From Octopus sinensis (taxonomy: Eukaryota): DNA of 64,000 nucleotides. Where the stretch lies: positions 137,578,001 through 137,642,000 of the forward strand of contig NC_042998.1 of the NCBI RefSeq assembly GCF_006345805.1. The letters run 5' to 3'. Below, piece after piece: positions 50,687 to 62,200 of this stretch (its first letter is position 1; each line of letters starts with the position of its first letter). The notes under the pieces were generated by a model. It worked only from the letters and a program-made list of their open reading frames with translations, was not told the origin of the DNA and searched no databases. Made by a program: the position numbers and the translations under genes.

Positions 50687-52760
50687 CAGTGGTTCCCAAA
50701 CCGTACAGTACGATGCACTGGTGCACCACAAGATATAATTAGGAGTGCCTTGGAAAAGTAAGATTGCATTTCAAAATATGAAATATACAAACCAAAATTC
50801 ACTAGAAAGCTCATATACAAATGTCTAAGTGGCAAAAAACTAAATACTAAGTTCTAAACTAAGAATGAGAGGACGTTGTGTCATTCAATTCATTTAGGCT
50901 AATTATAGTATGATAGTGTTATTCAGTTTTGAATCTGAAATTTCATAAGGATATGGACTTAATTAGCATCAATCTATCCTCAAAATTGAGGTCTTATGGA
51001 CATATTCAGTGCACATTTCAATTTATTTCGGCCATAGCCTCTGCAGTTTTCATTTCAATAAGTGTGAAAAATAAACTATTGAACTAAAATATACAATGTT
51101 GAACTAAATCTTTTAATACGTCCTCACACACTGCGACTGTATTTCAATCGTTTTCATTCATATAGGGGCCAGAATTTTCAACTTTTCAATTTTAAAGGAC
51201 TTCTCAAAAGAATACGATATGTGACACGCTGCCCCTTTTCACAGCTCACTGGTCACTTGTCTCAGTTTGACTATTAGTAATCTGTGCTCTTTGTGCAATA
51301 CAATTCATATTAACAGACTAAAATACCTATAAATTGGATAAGTTTATTAAGAGGAAACATAACTGTGACAATTACAAATCTGAAAGTGAACGTTCATCAA
51401 AAACAACTGAGCATAGTGATAATAATGCAAAAGCTCAACCCAATCATAAATATTGCAATAACTATTTAAAATTTGAGCTTCATTGTACTAGCAACAAGGA
51501 TCAACCTCTTCCGTTGTGTGTTGTTTGTGGTGAAAAGTTGCCTAACAAAGGAATGTTGTCTAGCAAGCTGAAAAGACATTTTACAACTAAACACTCACAT
51601 TTTCAATGTAAAGATCTAAATTATTTCCAAAGACTGCTAGAACAGCAATCTAAACAAAGAAACTATTTTGAAAACAGGATGAATGCTTCTGAAAAGGCTC
51701 AAGTTGCATCTATTGAGATGACCAAAATGATTGCACTACAAACTAAACTGCATACTTTAGCTGAGTCAATTATCTTACCAGCTTGTAAAAAGATAGTTAA
51801 AACCATATAAGAAATAAGCAAGATTCCGCTCTCAAATAATATAATCCAGAGGAGAATTATGAATTTATCTGCTGATATAGAAGAAAATGTACAGAACAAA
51901 TTTCAAAACTCAGAATTTGCTCTACAGGTTGACAAATCAACTGACATTAGCAACAAAATACAATTACATTTATTTGCTTTATTGATGATAACCAAGCCAT
52001 AAATCAGTTCTTTTGTTGTGAAGAAATGCCACTCACTACAAGAGGTCAAGATATTTTAGATATTTTATCTGCCTACCTCGAGAAATGGAATTTATCCTGG
52101 AATTCATGGGTTGGAATATGTACCAATGGGGCACCATCTATGATAGGCTCTATTAAAGGTTTTGTATCTCTTGTACAACAGCAAAATCCTAATGTTATAC
52201 ATACTCATTGCTTCCTACATAGGGAGGTACTAGTTTCAAAAACAATACCTGTTAAGTTAAAACAAGTATGAAACCAAGTTGTTGAAATGGTTAATTATAT
52301 TAAAAGTAGGCCATTGAAGTGTCGCTTATTTGAACAAATTTGTGTTGATATGGATTCCCAACACATGCATTTACTTTTACACACAAATGTCAGATGGCTT
52401 TCAAAAGGTAAGGTGCTACATCGCAAATATGAACTCAGAAGGAATTGCATGCATTTTTTAAAGAAGAAAAATATGACTGTTTCTTGGAATATCTACAATG
52501 ATAATAATAAAAGAGGCTCTGTTGCATTGAAGAAGAAATGAGGGTTTGTCTTTCTCAAATACACCCCAATATTGAAAACGTTTCCAAAAGACATCAAGCA
52601 CATGTTTCTCATTGATAACTTTGCTTCATATATTGAATAAAGTGTAAGTACATGCAATTTTTCTGTATTATCTATATATTACTTTATAGTTTATGCTATG
52701 TTAATATGTATAAAATCACTTTTGAACAAATTTTAGAATTTATTTACAAAGTGCACCAAA
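50687..52760 (+). mobile_element. Buster/Charlie-type hAT transposon relic (ZBED5/FAM200-like transposase, internally deleted)
   Basis: Left TIR CAGTGGTTCCCAAAC preceded by GTCTAGTC (nnnTAnnn target); CVVC..HFTTKH BED finger, FALQVDKSTD, CTNGAPSM, HCFLHRE, HTNVRWLSKG, C-terminus QAHVSH* (stop 52613-52615); right TIR not found, so the right boundary is approximate. Confidence 0.9.
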
Positions 52761-53479
52761 ATAAGTAACAAATTAGTAAATTATTAAAATAAAGTCATTT
52801 TCACGGTAATAAATGAATAAATAAATTTGATGAACTTAAAACAAAAAATTTTTAAAAAAAGAAGCAGGCTAAAAATTAAACTAAAACATAGCATATCATT
52901 ACAAAATGATTTTGCTATTTCTTTCATAAACCATTGTTTCTCATACTACATGAGGAAACAAGTATTAAGATGAATTATTTCTCAAAGGCAGTATGATGAT
53001 TATGCACAGTCATATGTGTTAGGTGCAGGTGTGTATTGTTATCAATAACATATTTTTCATCAATGACAAATCCAATTATTTCGACAGTGAACTAATTCTC
53101 TGTTGTTTGAGATTAGTAATAAAACTAATTAATTCATCAGAATAATTATAAAACCAACTGCATCTTAAGCTTTCAATTTGAAATTATTAATTAGTTCACA
53201 TATGTAATTACATTAAATAATAATTGCAACTATATTAACAATTTTGTTAATAATAAACTTTCATAATTGCTTTCCACAAAGCTACAATAAATTAGCACAA
53301 ATAAGTGAAGCTCTTCACATTTAATAACCAGTAATTTTCTCACTAAAATCCCAATGTTGATTATGTTTCTCTTAACATAATTACTAAGAAGACAGTACAA
53401 TTTACAACACCTATATACAAATAAAGGAAATAGTGTTCATTATGCTGTGTTGCAGAAACCTAAATGCAAGACTTCACAG

Positions 53480-54274
53480 TTCTATATTTGAGAGATGAGG
53501 AATTATGTACATTATTTCCATTTGACAGATATTTGTCCTCATCAACATTTCAGCTGATATACCCTCCAGCCTTCATCAGGTGTCTTGGGAAAATTTTGAA
53601 CCTGGGTATTTTATTCAGGTCACTGCTTGGAATCCAACTTGGAATCTTGGGGTTAGTAGCCCATGCTTTTAACCACTATGCCATATGCCCATGGGCAATT
53701 ATGGAGTGAATTTTAGGGCTTATATATCTAATATTTTCCTATCGTTCTTTAATACCGGTTCCCATATGCTACTAATATCTGTATTCGGTTTGATTAGGAG
53801 GTTGTTGTGTCCTAGCATATGTGCTGCTTCTTTTAGTTTTCTTATTTTCCAGTGGTGTTCTCTGTCTATTATTTTAACTTCATCCCACAGGATGAGGTGG
53901 TCTCCATTTTTCCATACATGATCAATTCTTTGAAGTGGGTGGAACGAGTGCAGATATGAGTAGCATATGGGAACTGGTATTAAGGAATGATAGGAAAATA
54001 TTAGATTTATAAGCCCTAAAACTGACTCCATAATTGCCCCTGGGCATATGGCATAGTGGTTAAGAGCACAGGCTACTAATCCCATGATTCCGAGAAGGAT
54101 TCCAAGCAGTGTGCTGAATAATAATATAACAACAACATTGTAAAATACCTTAGGAATGAGAACCTAGGCTCGAAATTTCACCAAGACACCTGATGAAGGC
54201 TGAAGGGTATACCAGCCGAAACATTGTGTTAACAGACAAGATGAGGACAAATGTCTGTCAAATGTAAATAATGT
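53480..54274. mobile_element. Penelope-like element: minus-strand 3' part (GIY-YIG C-terminus plus pLTR) abutting an inverted pLTR copy
   Basis: ORF 53720..54085 has HVWKNGDHLILWDEVKIIDREHHWKIRKLKEAAH, typical of the Penelope endonuclease end; arms 53509-53781 and 53951-54274 are reverse complements; both carry CTGATGA...GAAA motifs. Confidence 0.85.
54185..54230 (+). ncRNA. Minimal type I hammerhead ribozyme motif of a Penelope pLTR (probably decayed)
   Basis: GACAC-CTGATGA-A-GGCTG(loop)CAGCC-GAAAC-ATT-GTGTT; stem I GACAC/GTGTT, stem II GGCTG/CAGCC. Confidence 0.65.
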
Positions 54275-55099
54275 GCAGGCCTTCAGTTAAGTATGATTAA
54301 GGTTTAAACTGTAGTTTAATCCTACGTCATCCCTAATGAGCAAACCTATGATCAAAATGTATGCCAACAGTTACCAGATCATCTTTTTTTTAATATTAGG
54401 AGACCAAGCAGTACAGTGTATCCTTTATTTAAGACAGTATAGAGGGTTTTGAAGGAGATTTGGCTGCTATTCCTAATAACTCAGTCAGAGTAAGCAACTG
54501 CATAGAGGCTTCTCCATTTGGTATATAAAAATTGCAAGTAATAGTAGCAAACCATTGTTTTTTAATTAGGCACATGACCAGCAAGTTGAGGGAATTTAGT
54601 TAATTATATTAACTCCATTACTAAACTGCTACTTCATTTTATTGATCTTGAAATGATAAAAAGGTAAAGTTGATTTGAACTCAGAACAAAGAGCCAGAAG
54701 AAACGCTGCAAGGCATACAGTCTGACACTAATGATTCTGCCAGATAACAGTTTGAAAACATACCAATGGTCCGTGGTTAGTAGGAATAAAAACAAAAGTA
54801 ACTTGTAACTCTTATAGTGAGAGGTTTGGTATTAATCCAATCATTTAAGATTCAAGACAGGTTTATAAAATGATCAAAACTGATTTCTTATGCAGATAAA
54901 AATTAAAGAAGTTCAAATGTACTTATCAATAATTCCAAAACATATGAATAGTCAGGGAAACATTTTCCCGTTTCTACACTAAGAAGAAAAATGACTTTGA
55001 TCTACAGATTTCTTCATATTGTCCTTGTTTCTATATAATTTTTCTAATTTTTTTCCTATCCAATATTACTAGTCCTCATCCTGTGATCTCATGTGTGAG

Positions 55100-55620
55100 G
55101 TCCAACATTCTCAAATTTGATCATACCCATTATCACATACAATTCTATATTTCTGAAATGAGGAATTTCTATTATGTATACTGTTTATATTTGTCAAACT
55201 AATATCTTCATCTCTATTCTTGCTTTCATTGTGTTTCAGCTGTTGTACACCCCAGCTTTCTTCAGGTGTCTTGTGTTGAACTCTGTTGTATCTGAATTTT
55301 GACCCTAACCCTTCATTTGATCCACACCGACACACTACTCTCATTCCGCTCTCTTTGTTTCATGATATGTTTTGCTTCAGTTGATCTTTTGTGAATTATC
55401 TTAGTGCTTTATCTGGGATTGAACATGTTTTTAATTCAAAGAACCCTCTACCTTCAGTTGATAGCACTTTCTATCCAGCAGATAACACCTGCTGGGATTA
55501 CTCATTTACATTGCATATCTGTCCAACCATTCCTTTCTAGCCTCCACAAATCTACATTTAAGTGTTCTCTCACACTGCATAAAGTCTGCCTGTTTCAAGA
55601 GCAACCATCTTGTTACCAAA
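55100..55620 (-). mobile_element. Second, diverged Penelope-like 3' fragment with a hammerhead-like motif
   Basis: Minus strand encodes TEAKHIMKQ...SVSVWIK*, followed by GACAC-CTGAAGA-A-AGCTG...CAGCT-GAAAC at about 55229-55270. Confidence 0.6.
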
Positions 55621-58600
55621 CAAAATAACAGATCTTAATATTTTCACTACAACCACTACTAAACACTAACTATATTGTTCCTATGACAGAAATTATGTTC
55701 TACTTACTAGCAAGCCATCTGTATAAACAATTAACTTCATTTTGTGGATATCATTTATTAAGTACCTACATTTTTCTGTTTCTATTGCTTGTTTCATTGA
55801 ATATATATTGTGTGCCCACCAACATCATTGTCATCATTTTGTTCATGTTCCATGCAGAAATGGGTTGGACAACTTCCAACTCACATTCATAGCACTGGAT
55901 TTTTGCATTCTATGCTGCTTAAAAGTATTTAACATATTAGCTTCAGATTATTCATCAATTTAAGTTATTGAGGTTCACTTTTACCATACATCATATTAAC
56001 ACAATATATTAACATAATTTATCTACCCTTACAAATAAACTGAAAAATAAAGTTAATAAAAATTCAGGAAGTCACCTTTAAGTCTTCATACATTAACGCA
56101 TCCCAGTTTAATTGATATAAAATAAAGAATATTATTAACACATGTACCATATCATGAGTTTCCCATGCATTTAAAATGGCAATATTTATATTTTCAATGT
56201 AACTTAAAACTACACCAAGGTAAATGTTTATCTAAACTTGATAAGCTTCAACATACAAATTATCTTGGCTCTATCCATTCATTATATAATTATTCATCAA
56301 CATGGTTCTTTTTTTGTTTGTTTGTTTGCTTAACTTTCCATGCTAAATGAAAATTATAGGCATTTTACATCAACTGCAACCAGTAAGGCAAAACAGTGTC
56401 TGCCTATCCAGTGACTGGCGTCCATCTGCAAAATCCAGTGAATACAAACAGCATTTTGAAAAGTAGTGTGAGTCAGTGCATTCTGTGTGGGCATCAGAGT
56501 GTATCTTAGCTTCATTACAGTAATATGCATTTCATGAATGGGTGCAGTGTTTTTGTTTTTATTAATCAGAAGGGGGGACTATAACCTTGGCCTTCACCAG
56601 TTCTCATTTCTCATCAACTATTTAAGATAGACTTCATAGCGCTTTCTATATATTGCTAAGTTCTAATTAAAATACAAAACCAGTTTCAGTACAGGGGAAT
56701 ACAATTGAACAAGCTAATAACATTTAAAATATTTATAGAAATTCAATCCTTAAAAATGATGAAAGAAATAATCTGAAAAAGTAACAGTTGTAAAACACAA
56801 GTTACAAAATATGGAAGACTTTCAGTGTTTGAAAATCACAATTCACACAATCTAAGAAAATTAAATCAGAATAAGAAAAGCAAGATTGACTAAAATGAAG
56901 AAGCTGATATTAAATTCCCAGGATAGGGAATAACCAATAGCCAAAAAGAAATAATATGGCAGATTTAGGGATAAACATGGCTGCATACTAAAGAAGTTTG
57001 CTTCTTAACCACATGGTTTCATGTTCATCCCACTGCATTGTGCCTTGGGTAAGTGTGTGCTAGACTAACCAAAGCCTTGGGTGGATTTGGTAAACAGAAA
57101 CTGAAAGAAGACTATCAGGTGTGTGTGTGCATTTCCTTGTCTTGATATCATGTGATTGTTGTAAATGAAGGTCATTCATTGCCAGTATTCTACAAAGAAA
57201 AGTCTGACCATGGGGAAAATATTATCTTGCTGGGAAACAAGTATGGGTTAGCATCAGGAAAAGTCCAGCTGTAGAAAATCTGCCTCAATAAACACAAACC
57301 AACCCATGTAAGCACGGAAAAGTGAATGTGATGATGATGATGATGATTCATACCACTGTTGATGTGGCTGAGAGTAGAAAATGTCTACGACATAAGATCG
57401 ATGAAGACACAGGAGATATTAGTGAGGTCAGATCTGAATGTTGAGCTTCACAGATGAAAGGACAGGAATGACAGTAGTCACAATGCACAGTATTGAAGAA
57501 CTCTTCAACCAAAAGTCAACATTAAAAGGATATCTATTTTTAATGATGATGAAATTGTTATGAAAAATATCTACAAAGTTGCAAGTTACCTCTCAGAATA
57601 TATTTATCTCCAATTCATTTCTAATTATAACAATATGAATAACAAATCTAAAACTGTTTTTCTATCAGTTTGAATTTTAGTTCCAGTCAAAAGTTGCAAA
57701 TAAATCTTTTATCAAACAGTGTATGAAACTGCCAACTTTTAAGTTACAATATGAAACGTAAAAAAAAAAAGCATCAAAAGCAAAGGCTGACAAAAATATA
57801 CCAAAAAGGTGTGTGACTGCATGCATGCACGTATTCTGCACAAAATCAAAAGCACAAGAACTTCATATGATCTTGGAATAATAACTGCTAAATTAATAAT
57901 AATTCTAAAATAATCCAATAGAAATCATTAAAGCTAATATTATCATCATACTTATGCACCTTTATCAATAATCATATATATAATTCAAGGCAATGATAAT
58001 TCCAGTTTGACCATAATGACAAAATATATCCTTTGTTAATAATATATAGAAAGCAAAACACAAAGAAATTCAACTTCATGAAAACCACTTTGAGAATAGT
58101 TAAATTACTATGAAAAATAATGTGTGCAAGAGACAAATCATAGATAAGGAACTAAACTTCAAATATTTTATTAAGGCATACTAGAAAATCAATATGATCA
58201 AGATCAAAAAATAAAAACAAGCCAAACAGATATTTCCATATTTATTTTGTAAAATAACTTTAATCTCAGTCTAGTTAACTTTAATCAAATCAAATTTAAA
58301 TGATATTCTGATAATATACCTATGTTTGTTATAAATTATTCATTAGTATGACAATACTTTAAAAACAAAAATATGAATACCGATTTTTTTTTTTTTTTGA
58401 AAACTTTTCAAATTTGATCACTATTCTTTAAAAAAATTTTAGAGATTTTTTTTCCCCCTTGGAAAATAATTTCAAGATTTTAGATAAAAAGTAACAGAAT
58501 TTTGTTTATATGTAAACAGAAGAGAAAATTTTAAAACATAAGGAACATCTATGACTACTACTAAGATTTTTCAAAGAAAGAAAAAAAAACAATACTCAAA

Positions 58601-59223
58601 ATAAGAGATTAAATCCAAAGATCTTTTTGTTTCTACAGGATCAAAGAAAGAACTGATAGCAAGCTAATACTCTTATATAACTAAGATTTTTTTTTAATCA
58701 TATCATTTTAATGACAAAATGCAGTCAAGAAATAATCAGATGAAGCTTAAATGGAACTTAAGATTTCTTAAAGAAAACTCTTTGAGGAATTCTTATTTCA
58801 AGGTTATAGCAGTGCAAGAATCTAGTGAAAATATTTCAATAATGTATTGTATTAAACTTGAATATTTTCAATTAAATAAGTTAAGCTTAATTGTGATTAG
58901 ACTATATTTTTTTTAAATTATGAACCCTACATCACACCTTGAGATAACCCAACATGTTTATTTAGAATAAAAATAAAACATAGTATAATAGTGATTAGAA
59001 ATGAAAGAGTGAGAAAAGGATTTTAAAAAATAAGAAAATAATGGTAAGAATATGCAGTTAAAATGAAAACAAATTAATGTTAATGCACAAGCTAGAATCC
59101 TAACAAATTATGCTATTAGAATTATAATACCAAAAATCAAATGTTATTACTTCTTGCCTCCCTCTCACCTCACCAAAAAAAAAGTGCTAAAGATATTTAA
59201 AGGTGAGGGGGAAATAAATATAA

Positions 59224-59256
<33 letters not shown>

Positions 59257-62200
59257 GTATATAAGACAGAATATCTATTTTACAAACGAGAAATTATTGT
59301 ATCTATTTTTCACATGTAATATCTTTAGGCATAAATTTACATATGACTATAAACAAGTTTGATCTGCCTTGTTTGTTGCAATCAATATGTGGAACATCTA
59401 AAACTATTTATGAAACAACGAAGCCAGAGTTTAAAATTAGAAATTGTTTTTAAATGTTTGAGCATTAACAATTATATTTTCACCATAAAACATACAACAG
59501 ATATCGAGTTACTTATCCTTTAAAGTACATCCTTTATCTAAAAACAAGGAAAAAGAAAAGAAAACATATATATTTTAAATTTAGAATAAACTGCGAAAAG
59601 GTGAATTCTTTTTCTGGTGTACAGTAATAAAGAGAATACTACTTATAAAGTAAAATATATTTCAGGTAGATGATGCGTTATCCATCTATCAGAGTGAAAA
59701 AAGCTATAAAAGTATGTAAAATATGAACAAACCTATAACAGTAGTAAATATGCTATTACCTTGCTGACTGTTTCTTCTTATTCGACAGCGGGAAGCAAGA
59801 GTTTTGTGTAAAAAGCTATTCCCAAGCATTGTTTTAGAACCTTTTAGTTTCTTCTTAGTAATCAAAGTCTTTGTAACAAAGGGGGAAAATGTCTATGAAA
59901 AAGTAGGCTAAATAGCAGTAAAACTGCTTGACTTGAGTAATTACAGCAGTAAAGAAGATGAATTTCAAGAATACAGTTTCAGTAATCAGACCTGAGCAAT
60001 CGCCAATTAGGACTTAATTTTCATAAAAACCATTACAGTAACCAAAAATATTTGTGAAACAAGCAAAAGACAAAACTAGATTAAATTAACAATGGAAAAG
60101 TAACAAAGTGATATGCTGTAAGAACAGTAAACAGGAGTTATCCACTGACGCATCTGGCATGTGTAGGGATTACTGCGGACAAAAGACACATTCAGTAGAA
60201 AGCAAGGGACATAAAAAATGCAGTTGACAATAACGACAAACTCTGTTTTCTCTGCAAGACAGAAAAAAAGAGTAAATAAACTGCATGTGGGGGGAGGTTT
60301 ATACTGAAGAGGCAAATACACACAATAAATTTACAGAAACTTGTCAATTATAATACAGATAGGATAGAAGTAAAATAAAGGAGGTGGGAGAAAAGAAGTT
60401 GAATGAAAATACTGCATCTGATATCCAATAGAAGTAATTTAAGAAAAGAGAATAGAGAGGGAAGGAATAATAAGCTAAATTATAATAATAATAGTAATGT
60501 GGTCATTATCATCATCATAAGCATTTGAAAATAGAATAAGAGGGAAAAGAAAATCTGCTTCTGTGAGGATAATTATTACAAAGAAACCATTTGATTACAA
60601 AATAAATGAAAGTTATTTCTTTCAAGCTTGAAAGAAGCAATTGTATATAAATAATCAGCTTCAGCCTAGAGCAAAATAAGCAACTTAGATTGTAGGTGTG
60701 CAGGATAAAAGTGCTATATATTGTTTCTTTTTAAGAATGATATAAGAAAATGAATGGAAGGGGCTCTGATTTCACAAAGAAATAGTGAAGGAGATGCAGA
60801 GATGGACAAGAATAGAGTAAGAAATACAATGCAAATACAAGTAAGTGGTGTATGCTTGCTTACATATGGTTGTGTAAGCATACATGTGTATGCTTGCTAC
60901 TTCATCAATATGATAAAAATTGGAAACGTTTCTCATAGCTATGAGACAATTTCGATTAAAAAAAAAAGGTGGGGGGAGAAAATGTTCACTTATTTATTGG
61001 TTGAAAGGTTCTGCAAATTTAAACATTTGCATGAATAAATATAGCAATAAATTTACTGGAAACTACAGTAAATTAAAATTTTTCAGAGGTGCACATTTTA
61101 TTTGCATTTAGTTGGTTTTAGATCTTGAAAGCTTTCGGTTATTTCTATTTTGGCAAGCTGTTATAAGAATCATTCTTGTAGAAATGATAGCAAAACTATA
61201 TTTATTAGGAATTTAAACTGAAAAGGAAAACCAAAGAGTACATTTGAAGCCAATTTTTCAGCTTGATTCAAATAAACAAAATACTCTGTTTTACATAAAA
61301 TTGTAACCTTTACCTCAATATGAAAATACAAAATGGTGAGCTTATACATTTGACTTCACCAATGGAGTTAATTTTCCTACAAGATGACCTATAACTTATG
61401 GTAAAGCTGTGTTCATAATATCTGCTGTAATGATCTTCTTGTGACATCTCCTTTTCATAATGGAAGCACTTAATGCTTCCATTATGAAGCATTAACTGTC
61501 TAATTCTTGAGTGGATGAACAAATAACTTTGAAAAAGTTTGAAACAGTCAGCATCTATACCTCTAGATAAAGGTTTACTTCAGAAAGAATGATACTGAAA
61601 TACAATAAGCTTATCCTTATTGTTTTTAATTTTACACACACACACAAGGAGGGGGTGAAAGAGAAGAGGAAGATAGACAGACAACTTGATTACAAGCATA
61701 TCAGTTTTCTTGTTTGGGGTTTGTCTTGTTTTTTTTCCTCATGAAATGAACATAAATGCATGTATGAAAGTAGGGGAAAATTATACTCTTAGTGCATGGA
61801 TGCTTAGAACATCATCAATATTTAACCCCTGTTTCAACAAGAAAACTAGCAACCTACAGGACTGTGCTAAACTCCAGGGTCAGCTTTAGTATGGTTTCTA
61901 TGGCAGGATGCTCTTCCTAATGCCAACCACTTTGTAAAGTATATCAGGTACTTTTTATGTGACACAAACACCAATGAGATATGTCAACGTCTGCTTATGA
62001 CTACACAAACATCTAAAACAATTAGCAAAAGTATAGTTCATGCTACCAAGTTATACTTGCATGCAAGTGATGGCTATGGTGCCAAGATGCTAATGGCAAC
62101 AATACTTTGGTACCAAAAAGCTCAGATCATAATGTAACACATTAAACCTGAAATCCTCAAAAACAATGAAGCATCACAGAACCAAAACATTTATAGAGGG

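Noticed and set aside
60736-60846. Plus-strand exon-like stretch MEGALISQ...QIQ|gtaagt
   Set aside because: The MEG start resembles REPS1 but is on the wrong strand; no partner exons found
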